A program made the translations under genes and the position numbers. This document shows, one piece after another, positions 32,588-41,657 of a DNA stretch of 44,368 nt. Below the pieces are notes generated by a model. That model was not told the origin of the DNA and did no database searches. It saw nothing but the letters and a program-made list of their open reading frames with translations. Origin of the DNA: Pseudomonadota bacterium (lineage in GTDB: Bacteria; Pseudomonadota; Alphaproteobacteria; UBA6615); the NCBI GenBank assembly GCA_027618305.1, contig JAQCFD010000002.1:1-44368 (forward strand), in the 5' to 3' direction. The first letter of the stretch is position 1. Each line of letters begins with the position of its first letter.

Positions 32588-33127
32588 CTAGTCGAGCGGG
32601 GTCGCGTCGAGCAGAATTCCGGCCAGCAGACAGGGCTCTTCCGTCCGGTTTGACCAGGCATGCAGGGTGCCGCGCTGGACGCAGGTGTCGCCGGCCTTGA
32701 GACAGACCTCTTCGTCGTCGAGGATCAGCCAGATTTCGCCCGAAACAACGATCAGATAATCCACCGACCGGGTCTTGTGCATGCCGGGGTGTTTCTGCCC
32801 GTCGAGCCGGTCGCCGGCGCCCATCTGCTCGAAATATTTCTTCATGCTGTCGTAGTTGCGCTGGGAGTCGGGGGGCACTTCGAGCATGCGGAACACGGCA
32901 CCGCCGGCGGGCGGCTCCAGAGTGACCCTGTCGCCGACCGTATCGGCATTGCCGGCATTGCTGGCGGGGATGTTGCCGGAAATCCAGACATCGGAAAGCC
33001 GGACATTGGGCTGTCCCTCGGGTGTCAGCACATGGCCCATATCGGGGGTCATGGTCTCGTCGATCATCACGACGGCGTTGCCGTTTTCGTCATGGCCGGT
33101 AATGACGCGGCGGATGTCGCGGGGCAT
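32588..33127 (-). CDS. Cupin-domain protein
   Basis: 179 aa. The C-terminal barrel with GMHKTRSVDYLIVVSGEIWLILDDEE...GDTCVQRGTLHAW is a single cupin. Confidence 0.75.
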   Translation of the reverse strand: MPRDIRRVITGHDENGNAVVMIDETMTPDMGHVLTPEGQPNVRLSDVWISGNIPASNAGNADTVGDRVTLEPPAGGAVFRMLEVPPDSQRNYDSMKKYFEQMGAGDRLDGQKHPGMHKTRSVDYLIVVSGEIWLILDDEEVCLKAGDTCVQRGTLHAWSNRTEEPCLLAGILLDATPLD

Positions 33128-33137
33128 GTCGGTCTCC

Positions 33138-34175
33138 TCAGTTTTTGTCGGGGCTTTCGCGGTCGCGCCAGTCGGCCGGCTTGACGATCCGGGTGCTCAG
33201 CACGCCAAGGGATTCCACGTCGAGTTCGATCACATCGCCGTCCTCGAGATAGCGATTATGTTCGAGCCCACAGCCGGTTGGCACGGTGCCGGAGCCAAAA
33301 ACCTCCCCGGCATGGACCGTCTGGTTGTGGCTGAGATGGGCCAGCACGTCTTCGAAGCGGTGGTCCATCATCGACGAATTGCCCCGGCTCCACTCGTCGC
33401 CGTTGATCCGGGCGCACATGGTCAGATTGTAGGGATCGGTGATTTCGTCCGCCGTGACGATGCAGGGGCCGAAGACGTTGCCGGCGTCGAAATCCTTGCC
33501 GGGCCCACCCATGCCGGCGCCGCTGCGAATTTCGATGGCCTGGATATCCCGCGCACTGATGTCGTTGAAGACCATGTAACCGAAAATATGGTCGGCGGCC
33601 TGATCGGCCCTGATGTTGGTGCCGCGGCGGCCCGTGACCATGGCCCATTCGAGCTCATAATCCATGCGGCGCGCGCCGTGCGGCCAGATCGCCTCGTCCT
33701 CGGGGCCGATGATGCTGAGATGGTTGCTGTTGAGATAGACCGGTGCGGCGACCCATTCGGGCGGCACATCGAGGGCGCCGGCTGCGCGGTAGCGCTCGAG
33801 GGCCGCCTCGGGGTCGGCTTCGCGCGCGGCCAGCCGAGTGTGGCGGACCTCGCGGGCGTTGCGCAGATGCTGCAGGAAGCAGGCGCAATCGCGCAGGCGG
33901 CGCGGGTTGGGCAGCGGTGCTTCAAGCCGGACCGTATCGCGCGCGAAAATCGCGGCGTCGATGCCCCAGGTGATCGTCCGGTCGCAAAGTTCGTAAGTAC
34001 GGGTGAGCGCGGCGTCGCCACCGTCGATGAGGGCGAGCATCGACGCGAAGGCTGTGTTGTCGTCTTCCGGCGAGACCTGCTCGGCGGCGGCGGCAAGATC
34101 GACGATGGATGTGTCGTTGTTGAAAAATGCGCCGAGGCGTGTTGCGCCGGCAGTCGTAAATGTCACGAGACGCAA
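33138..34175 (-). CDS. Fumarylacetoacetate hydrolase (FAH) family protein
   Basis: MRLVTFTTAG... N-terminal domain, and a C-terminal FAH fold with YELEWAMVTG, GYMVFNDISARD and GEVFGSGTVPTGCGLE blocks. TTG start at 34175, preceded by GGGGGGAA. Confidence 0.85.
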   Translation of the reverse strand: MRLVTFTTAGATRLGAFFNNDTSIVDLAAAAEQVSPEDDNTAFASMLALIDGGDAALTRTYELCDRTITWGIDAAIFARDTVRLEAPLPNPRRLRDCACFLQHLRNAREVRHTRLAAREADPEAALERYRAAGALDVPPEWVAAPVYLNSNHLSIIGPEDEAIWPHGARRMDYELEWAMVTGRRGTNIRADQAADHIFGYMVFNDISARDIQAIEIRSGAGMGGPGKDFDAGNVFGPCIVTADEITDPYNLTMCARINGDEWSRGNSSMMDHRFEDVLAHLSHNQTVHAGEVFGSGTVPTGCGLEHNRYLEDGDVIELDVESLGVLSTRIVKPADWRDRESPDKN

Positions 34176-34281
34176 GGCGGTTCCCCCCGAACAAACATGA
34201 GTCCATCAAAGGGTCTCGTAAATCGGGGGCCGGGACAAGTCCTTTGGTGGTGCCGTCTCAGCAGACGGGTCGTGAGTCAGA

Positions 34282-34662
34282 TCAGAACTGGAGTACCGAC
34301 CCCGCGGCCAGGAATGCCACCAGTCCGAGTGCGTAGACACCGAACAGGCTGGATCCCAGGAATATGATGTTCCCGATCGTATGCAGGGGGTGGCGCTGGC
34401 GCTCCATGGCACGTCGGCCTTTAGAGCGTCGCTCGGGACCGGCCAGGACCGAGAAGAAGAACGGGCGACCGGGCACCGGCACGGTCACCCGGAGATCGAC
34501 CGGATGCGCGTTGGCCGTTGCCGGTTCGATGAAAGCGGAAAGCGCCTGCTGTTGTTCGGGTGTCAGGCTGGCGCGGAGTGCTTCAGGCAGGCGATCGAGC
34601 AGGGGAATAGAGTTATCGGTGCCGGTGTTGATGTCTGGCGTGTGGATATCTTGTGCGGTCAT
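34282..34662 (-). CDS. Hypothetical C-terminally membrane-anchored protein
   Basis: ORF with a single C-terminal TM helix (IIFLGSSLFGVYALGLVAFLAAG). No family recognised. Start uncertain: 34662, 34731 or 34761. Confidence 0.45.
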   Translation of the reverse strand: MTAQDIHTPDINTGTDNSIPLLDRLPEALRASLTPEQQQALSAFIEPATANAHPVDLRVTVPVPGRPFFFSVLAGPERRSKGRRAMERQRHPLHTIGNIIFLGSSLFGVYALGLVAFLAAGSVLQF

Positions 34663-34863
34663 GGCGTGTTTCGCGTCCCGGGAATTCGGCGCCGATGGCG
34701 CAATTGTCAACGCGGCATTATGAAAAGACATGGTTAACGAATGCTTGCCGGTGTTAACCATGTTTTACCAATCGGTTCGTATGTTTGACGCAACCGAGAT
34801 GCGCCTGGCGGCCGTCCGATCAATTCGGACGCCCGGGCGCACAGGATTGAAGGAAAGAAATCA

Positions 34864-37800
34864 ATGGCGACGCGCAGTGTTACGCGGAAGAAAAACCTGG
34901 TTGGCAAGGCGGCGCAGCTCGCGAAGAAGCGCCTTGGCGGTGATGCGGGCGCGGCCTGTGCGGATTTTGTGCGCGCCTACTACGCCAATGTGCCCCCGGC
35001 CGACATTGCCGGGATGGACGCGCAAACGCTTTCAGCCGCTGCGGAGTCATATCTCTCCTTTGCGCAGAAGCGTCTGCCGGGCGAGCCCCTGATCCGGGTT
35101 TTTAATCCGCGCCAGGATGATCATGGCTGGAACGGCACACACACCGTGATCGAGATCGTCACGGAAGACATGCCGTTTCTGGTCGATTCGATCACTGCCG
35201 AGCTGAACTATCAGGGCCTGACGGTGCATCTCGTGATCCACCCGATCTTTCAGGTGACCCGTACCGGCGCCGGGACGATGAAAGAATGCACCGCCCGCAC
35301 AGTGGACAGCGTGGGCGCCGAAAGTTTCATGCATTTCGAAGTGAATGAGCTGACCGACCCCCAAACCCTGGCCCATCTGGCGGGCCGGCTTGAGCAGGTC
35401 CTGCAGGATGTCAGCGCCTCGGTGCAGGATTGGAAAGCCATGCAAGGCCGGGTCGCCGATATTCTGGCCGACCTCGACAACCAGCCGCCCAAGATTGCCA
35501 AGCCGGAAATCGAGGAGACACGCGCCTTCGTCGAATGGATGCTCGACGATCATTTCACGTTTCTGGGCTATCGCGAGTATGACCATGTCGGCACCGGCGC
35601 GAAACAGAAGCTGAAAGCGCAGCCCGGCGGGCTTGGCCTATTGCGCAACGTGGACCGGGAAATTTTCGAGAACTGGGCGGATGACGCGCCCCTGCCGGAT
35701 GAGGTCCGCGCGTTCATTCGCCAGCCCCATCTCGTGATGGTGACCAAGGCGAACCAGCGTGCGACCGTGCACCGGCGCGTGCACATGGATGTGGTCGGCG
35801 TGAAGAAATTCGATGCGTCCGGCAAGGTGACGGGCGAACGGATGATCGTCGGGTTGTTTACCTCGACCGCCTACAGTGTCTCTCCGTCGCGTATACCGAT
35901 GCTGCGCAAGAAAATCGAAAAGACGATGAACGGCGCGGGCTTCCCGCCGTCCAGCCACGATTCCAAGGCGCTGGCGCACATCCTCGAGACCTATCCGCGC
36001 GACGAACTGCTGCAGATCGACGACGGCCTTCTGCTGGAACATGCGCTGGGTATTCTGCATCTGCAGGAACGCCAGCGCACGGCGCTGTTCGTGCGCGAGG
36101 ATCCGTTTCAACGCTACATCACGGCGCTCGTGTTTGTGCCCAGTGACCATTACGACACCGAGTTGCGCGAGAAAGTGGCCGAGATTCTGGAAGATTCATT
36201 CGGCGGCAACTGCGTCGCGTTCTTCCCCGAGTTTGGAACGGATTCCGTCCTCGCGCGGATTCTCTTCGTCATAAAGACCGGGGCAGATAGGAATCCGAAC
36301 TACCAGGTCGACGAGATCGAGATGGCGCTGCGCGAGGCGACGCGCTCATGGGAAGACCGTTTGCGCGACGCGCTGGCCGCAGCGCGCGGCGAAGAGGTCG
36401 GCCTGGTCATGTACCAGCGTTATGGGCAGGCGTTCACCGCCGCCTATCGCGACAGGTATGAGCCCGATGCGGCGGTCATTGATATCGGATTGATCGATGC
36501 GGCGCGGATTTCCGAGAAATTGCAATTGAACCTGTATCGCCCGGTCGGAGACGCCGCGCGGACGGTGCATCTGAAACTCTACCATGCGCACCAGGCACTG
36601 CCCCTGTCGGATGTGATCCCGATGCTCGAGAATATGGGCCTGAAGGTGATCGGCGAGGAGCCGTTTGAGGTCGAATATCAGTACGGCGACGGGTCGGGGA
36701 CGGTCTGGGTTCATGATTTTCAAATGGAATCCCGCACGGGCGCAGAGATCAATCTCGCGACGGTGCGCGACACCTTCCATGACGGCTTTGCCCGGGTCTG
36801 CGAAGAGTCGGTTGCGGATGACGGGTTCAACAAACTGATTCTGGGGGCGGGGCTCGAGTGGCGTGAAATTCTGGTGCTGCGCGCCTATTGCAAGTTCCTC
36901 CTGCAGAGCCGCATCGCCTACTCCCAGTCCTATATGGAAGAGACGCTGGCGAACAATCCGAAGCTGGCACGGCTCATCGTCGAACTGTTTGTCGCGCGGT
37001 TCGATCCGGCCCAGGCCGGCACGCCGGCGAGCGAACGCCGGGTTAAAAAACTGCGCAAGGACCTGGCTGAAGGGCTCGATGCCGTTTCGAATCTGGATGA
37101 AGACCGGATTATTCGCCGTTTTGCCAATGCCGTCGACGTGACGTTGCGCACGAACTTCTTCACCACGGAAGAGGACGGTGGATTCAAACCCTATGCGTCC
37201 TTCAAGCTCGACAGCGCGAGAGTCGATGACCTCCCCGAGCCGCGGCCGAAGAAGGAGATCTTCGTCTACAGCCCGCGCATGGAGGGCTGTCATCTGCGGG
37301 GCGGCGATGTTGCGCGCGGCGGCATTCGCTGGTCCGACCGGCGCGAGGATTTCCGCACGGAAGTCCTGGGGCTTCAGAAGGCTCAGATGGTCAAGAACTC
37401 GGTGATCGTGCCTGTCGGGGCCAAGGGTGGCTTCGTGTGCAAGAATTTGCCGGCCCCCACCGGTGACCCTCAGGCGGACCGCAAGGCGACGCAGGAAGAG
37501 GTCATTGCCTGCTACAGCACGTTGATCCGGGGCCTGCTGGATGTGACGGACAATCTGGTCGCCGGCAAGCTTGTGCCGCCCGAGACCGTGGTGCGTTACG
37601 ACGCCGATGACCCCTATCTCGTGGTGGCGGCGGACAAGGGGACGGCGACGTTCTCGGATATCGCCAACGGGATCAGCCAGGAGTATGGATTCTGGCTGGG
37701 TGACGCCTTCGCGTCGGGCGGGTCGGTCGGGTATGACCACAAGAAAATGGGCATCACGGCCAAGGGCGCCTGGGAATCGGTCAAACGCCATTTCCGTGAG

Positions 37801-39738
37801 ATCGGACATGACACCCAACGCACCGATTTCACCGTGGTCGGCGTCGGTGACATGTCGGGTGACGTGTTCGGCAACGGCATGCTGTTGTCCAAACACATCA
37901 AGCTGGTTGCCGCCTTCAACCATATGCATATTTTCCTCGATCCGGACCCGGACCCGACGAAGAGTTTTGCCGAGCGCAAGCGCCTGTTCGCGTTGCCACG
38001 ATCGAGCTGGACCGATTATGAGACAAAGCTGATCTCGAAGGGCGGCGGCATTTTCGAGCGTTCGGCCAAGTCGATCAAACTTACTGCCGAGATCAAGCAG
38101 CTGCTTGGCGTCACCCGCGATCAGATGACTCCGAACGATCTGATCCGGACCCTTCTCGTGGCCGAGGTCGACCTGCTCTGGTTTGGCGGGATCGGCACCT
38201 ACATCAAATCGACCGGTGAGAGCCAGGCCGACGCCGATGACCGCTCGAACGATGCCGTGCGTGTCGACGCGAAAACCCTGCGCTGCAAGGTGATTGGAGA
38301 AGGTGCCAACCTGGGTGTTACGCAGCGGGGGCGGATCGAGTATGCCCGCGCGGGCGGTCGCCTCAACACCGACTTCATCGATAACTCTGCCGGCGTCGAT
38401 TGCTCGGACCATGAGGTGAACATCAAGATCGCGCTCGACGATGTGGTGTCGAGCGGCGACATGACTCTGGAGCAGCGCGACGCACTTCTGGTCGAGATGA
38501 CGGACGAAGTCTCGGATCTGGTCCTGAATGACAATTACCTGCAGACCCAGGCGATTTCACAGGCGGAGCGCCGGGCCCCCGAGCTCCTTGAATCGCAATG
38601 GCGGGTGATGCGCTCGCTCGAGCGGCGCGGCCTGCTGGACCGCGCGATCGAGCACCTGCCGGATGATGAGCGTATGGCCGATCTCCTGTCCGACGGACTG
38701 GGCCTGACCCGCCCCGAATACGCCGTGTTGTTCTCCCACGCGAAGATTGCGCTCTATGGCGATCTGCTGCCCACCGATGTCCCCGATGATGCCTATCTGG
38801 TCAAGGATTTGGCCCGGTATTTCCCGCGGCCGCTGCGTGAGCGTTTCGAGGACCCGGTGGCCCGCCATCGCCTGCGCCGTGAGATTGTCGCGACCTATGT
38901 GACCAACTCCCTGATCAACCGTGTCGGGGCGGCCTTCGTTCATGACCTGACCGAACGTTCGGGCGCGTCTGCAGATGATGTCGCGCGGGCCTATGTCATC
39001 GCGCGTGATGTCTTCGATCTGCGTCCGTTGTGGCGCGATATTGAAGCGCTCGACCTCAAGGTGACCACTGAGACACAGAACGAGATGGCCCAGGAGCTGG
39101 AGAAACTGGCTGAACGCCTGACGATCTGGTTCCTGTCAAATGCGCGACGTCCGCTGGATATCGCGGCCACGATCGAGCGCTACGCGCCCGGCATTGGTGA
39201 GCTGGCGATGAAACTGCCGGATATTGTCGCGGCGGAGGACCGGCAGAGCATTGACGGGCATATGGAGCGGCTTACCAGCGAGGGTGTGCCCAAGGCCTTG
39301 GCCCAACAAATTGCGAGCCTCGCTATTCTGGCCGCCGCCGGCGATGTCGTGCGTATCGCGCGGGATTCCGGCGTGCCCGTGCTGGATACCGGCCGGGTCT
39401 ATTTCGAGCTCGGCGCGCGACTGGGCATAGACTGGGTGCGTCACGCGTCCAAGCAGATCAAGCCCGAGAGCGAATGGGAGAAGATCGCGATCGATTCCAT
39501 CGTGGATGACAGTTATCGCCATCAATCGGCTCTCACAAACCGGGTGCTCGACGTTGCCGGGGGTGGCAAGCTCGGCCCGAAGGTCGCAGCTGGGGTTATT
39601 GAGACCTGGATCGGCTCTCGCAATGGCGCGGTCGAGCGGACGTGTAGGCTTCTCGACGATTTGCGGGCGAGTGAATCCGTCGACCTGGCGATGCTTTCTG
39701 TCGCCAACGGGCAATTGCGAAATCTGCTTGCCGGGTAA
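34864..39738 (+). CDS. gdhB: Large (about 180 kDa class) NAD-specific glutamate dehydrogenase
   Basis: 1624 aa. Catalytic core blocks GGIRWSDRREDFRTEVLGLQKAQMVKNSVIVPVGAKGGF, VVAADKGTATFSDIAN, GDMSGDVFGNGMLLS and DLLWFGGIGTY are diagnostic for the bacterial giant NAD-GDH family. Confidence 0.95.
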   Translation: MATRSVTRKKNLVGKAAQLAKKRLGGDAGAACADFVRAYYANVPPADIAGMDAQTLSAAAESYLSFAQKRLPGEPLIRVFNPRQDDHGWNGTHTVIEIVTEDMPFLVDSITAELNYQGLTVHLVIHPIFQVTRTGAGTMKECTARTVDSVGAESFMHFEVNELTDPQTLAHLAGRLEQVLQDVSASVQDWKAMQGRVADILADLDNQPPKIAKPEIEETRAFVEWMLDDHFTFLGYREYDHVGTGAKQKLKAQPGGLGLLRNVDREIFENWADDAPLPDEVRAFIRQPHLVMVTKANQRATVHRRVHMDVVGVKKFDASGKVTGERMIVGLFTSTAYSVSPSRIPMLRKKIEKTMNGAGFPPSSHDSKALAHILETYPRDELLQIDDGLLLEHALGILHLQERQRTALFVREDPFQRYITALVFVPSDHYDTELREKVAEILEDSFGGNCVAFFPEFGTDSVLARILFVIKTGADRNPNYQVDEIEMALREATRSWEDRLRDALAAARGEEVGLVMYQRYGQAFTAAYRDRYEPDAAVIDIGLIDAARISEKLQLNLYRPVGDAARTVHLKLYHAHQALPLSDVIPMLENMGLKVIGEEPFEVEYQYGDGSGTVWVHDFQMESRTGAEINLATVRDTFHDGFARVCEESVADDGFNKLILGAGLEWREILVLRAYCKFLLQSRIAYSQSYMEETLANNPKLARLIVELFVARFDPAQAGTPASERRVKKLRKDLAEGLDAVSNLDEDRIIRRFANAVDVTLRTNFFTTEEDGGFKPYASFKLDSARVDDLPEPRPKKEIFVYSPRMEGCHLRGGDVARGGIRWSDRREDFRTEVLGLQKAQMVKNSVIVPVGAKGGFVCKNLPAPTGDPQADRKATQEEVIACYSTLIRGLLDVTDNLVAGKLVPPETVVRYDADDPYLVVAADKGTATFSDIANGISQEYGFWLGDAFASGGSVGYDHKKMGITAKGAWESVKRHFREIGHDTQRTDFTVVGVGDMSGDVFGNGMLLSKHIKLVAAFNHMHIFLDPDPDPTKSFAERKRLFALPRSSWTDYETKLISKGGGIFERSAKSIKLTAEIKQLLGVTRDQMTPNDLIRTLLVAEVDLLWFGGIGTYIKSTGESQADADDRSNDAVRVDAKTLRCKVIGEGANLGVTQRGRIEYARAGGRLNTDFIDNSAGVDCSDHEVNIKIALDDVVSSGDMTLEQRDALLVEMTDEVSDLVLNDNYLQTQAISQAERRAPELLESQWRVMRSLERRGLLDRAIEHLPDDERMADLLSDGLGLTRPEYAVLFSHAKIALYGDLLPTDVPDDAYLVKDLARYFPRPLRERFEDPVARHRLRREIVATYVTNSLINRVGAAFVHDLTERSGASADDVARAYVIARDVFDLRPLWRDIEALDLKVTTETQNEMAQELEKLAERLTIWFLSNARRPLDIAATIERYAPGIGELAMKLPDIVAAEDRQSIDGHMERLTSEGVPKALAQQIASLAILAAAGDVVRIARDSGVPVLDTGRVYFELGARLGIDWVRHASKQIKPESEWEKIAIDSIVDDSYRHQSALTNRVLDVAGGGKLGPKVAAGVIETWIGSRNGAVERTCRLLDDLRASESVDLAMLSVANGQLRNLLAG

Positions 39739-39764
39739 ACGCGCGCCGGTCCATGTTCGCGGCA

Positions 39765-39789
39765 CGCACCGGACTGTTTGTCCGGTGCG
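39765..39789 (+). terminator. 10-bp hairpin after the GDH gene
   Basis: CGCACCGGAC (39765-39774) pairs with GTCCGGTGCG (39780-39789), loop TGTTT, followed by GCATTTG. Confidence 0.55.
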
Positions 39790-39819
39790 GCATTTGACCT
39801 TGCCGCGACCGGACCCCGT

Positions 39820-40734
39820 GTGAGCCGATTCTTCAATCCCACCGCCAGCAATCTGGCGATCGTCGCGGCGCTCGCAGCATGCCTGTCGACGGCCCTGGGC
39901 GGCTCGGCGTTCGTCGCCATGCGCTTCCTCGTGACCGAGACCGAGCCGGTGACGGTCGCGTTCCTGCGCAATGTCATTGCTGCGATCGTGCTGGGCACGA
40001 TTGCCCTTGTTGTCGTCCGCCGCTGGCCGTCACCCCGCGAACTCGTGATCATGGGGTTCATGGGGGCGATATTCTTCGGCGGGCTGCAGTTCATCTTCGC
40101 CAATGCCCTGACCTATACGACCTCCTCGCGCGGCGCGCTTGCCTATATGACGGCCCCATTCCTGACATTGCTGATCGCGGCGGTGTTTCGCATTGAGCGT
40201 CCCACACGCAAGAAAATACTGGGGATTGTCGTCGCGACCGGAGGGATTGCCGTGGCGCTCGGCCAGAGCGCCGGTGCGCCGCCCGACGCCTGGATCGGCG
40301 ACAGCCTGATCCTGGTGGGGGCGTTGATCACGGCCAGTCATGGCGTCTGGTCGAACCGCTGGCTTCAGCGCCATCCCCCTCTCGTCGCCGTCGTGACCGG
40401 CGTGGTGCCCGGGTCGGCATTTCTCTATGTGGTTGCACTGGCAACCGACGCGCCGGCATTTACACCGGCGCTTTCGAGTGCGGGTTGGCTGGCCATCGCC
40501 TATCTCGGCATTGGCGCGGCAGCCATCTCATATACGCTTTGGCTATGGGCGCTGCGTTACACGACACCGACCCTGGTCTCGGTCGCGTTGCCGATGAATC
40601 CACTCATGGCATTGATCTGGGGCGCGGTCCTTCTCGATGAGAAGATCACGACGTCGATGCTTGTTGGCTTTGTACTGGTGATCGCGGGAATCGCTGTGAC
40701 CAACTGGCCGCAACGCAAAGCCACGCCGGCGTGA
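39820..40734 (+). CDS. DMT-superfamily (EamA-type) transporter
   Basis: Ten-TM pattern with two EamA halves. The track start TTG 39778 lies inside the terminator hairpin, so I prefer the in-frame GTG at 39820 (VSRFFNPTASNLAIVAALAA...). The start remains uncertain. Confidence 0.75.
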   Translation: MSRFFNPTASNLAIVAALAACLSTALGGSAFVAMRFLVTETEPVTVAFLRNVIAAIVLGTIALVVVRRWPSPRELVIMGFMGAIFFGGLQFIFANALTYTTSSRGALAYMTAPFLTLLIAAVFRIERPTRKKILGIVVATGGIAVALGQSAGAPPDAWIGDSLILVGALITASHGVWSNRWLQRHPPLVAVVTGVVPGSAFLYVVALATDAPAFTPALSSAGWLAIAYLGIGAAAISYTLWLWALRYTTPTLVSVALPMNPLMALIWGAVLLDEKITTSMLVGFVLVIAGIAVTNWPQRKATPA

Positions 40735-41657
40735 GCGGCGGTGCCGCCTCGACGAAGCGGCTCGCCCTGTTGGCTGCCATCGCCGCCGTGGTCGCGCCGT
40801 TTGCGGCCGGGACGACGCTTGGGGTCATTCGTTTTGTCGCCGCCGACATCGATCCGCTGACGATCACCATCCTGCGCCTGGGCATCGGTGCGGCTGTGTT
40901 GTTGCCGCTGGCCCTGGTCTTTGCGCGGGGCTGGCCGCGGGGGCGCGATTTCTGGATCGTGATCGGTTTCGGCCTCCTGATGTTCGGGGTCAGCCAATGG
41001 CTGGTCTCGGCCTCGCTCGCCTATACCAGCGCGGCGCGCGGCGGCATTCTCGCCTCCACGGTGCCGTTCCTCACCCTGGCCTTTGCGGCGGCGGTGCGGG
41101 CCGAGCAACTCACCTGGCTGAAATCGCTGGGGGTCGGCGTCGCGACGCTGGGGGTGGCATTTGCGCTCTGGCAGGATGCGAGCGCGATCCCCGGCGGCTG
41201 GCGGGGCGATCTGCTGATGTTTGCCGCCTCCTTCGTGCTTTCGATTTATAATGTAGCGACGCGGCAGGTCATCCGCCGCTATCCGCCGCTGATCTTCGTG
41301 GTTTGCAACCTGCTTTCGGGTGCACTGTTTCTAGGGATCGTCGGGACGATCACCGGCACGGTCGGCGCGGAGAGCCTGGCAAATATCGCGGCCTCGCAGA
41401 ACGGGATCCTGGCGGTGCTCTATATCGGCGTCGTCGGCAGCGCGTTCACCTATTTTCTCTGGCTCTGGGCGCTGCGTCACACGAGTCCGACCCGGGTGGC
41501 GATCGGCCTGACCATGAATCCGGTGGGGGCGCTGGTCGCGGCGGCGATCATTCTGGATGAGACCATCACATTGGGGGTCTGGGTCGGCCTGGCGTGCATC
41601 GCCGGCGGTATCCTGGCGACCAACTGGCGATTGCAGGATCGAACAGATGACGGCTGA
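40731..41657 (+). CDS. DMT-superfamily (EamA-type) transporter, second copy
   Basis: 308 aa, two EamA halves. The GTG start overlaps the upstream stop (GTGA). Confidence 0.8.
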   Translation: MSGGAASTKRLALLAAIAAVVAPFAAGTTLGVIRFVAADIDPLTITILRLGIGAAVLLPLALVFARGWPRGRDFWIVIGFGLLMFGVSQWLVSASLAYTSAARGGILASTVPFLTLAFAAAVRAEQLTWLKSLGVGVATLGVAFALWQDASAIPGGWRGDLLMFAASFVLSIYNVATRQVIRRYPPLIFVVCNLLSGALFLGIVGTITGTVGAESLANIAASQNGILAVLYIGVVGSAFTYFLWLWALRHTSPTRVAIGLTMNPVGALVAAAIILDETITLGVWVGLACIAGGILATNWRLQDRTDDG

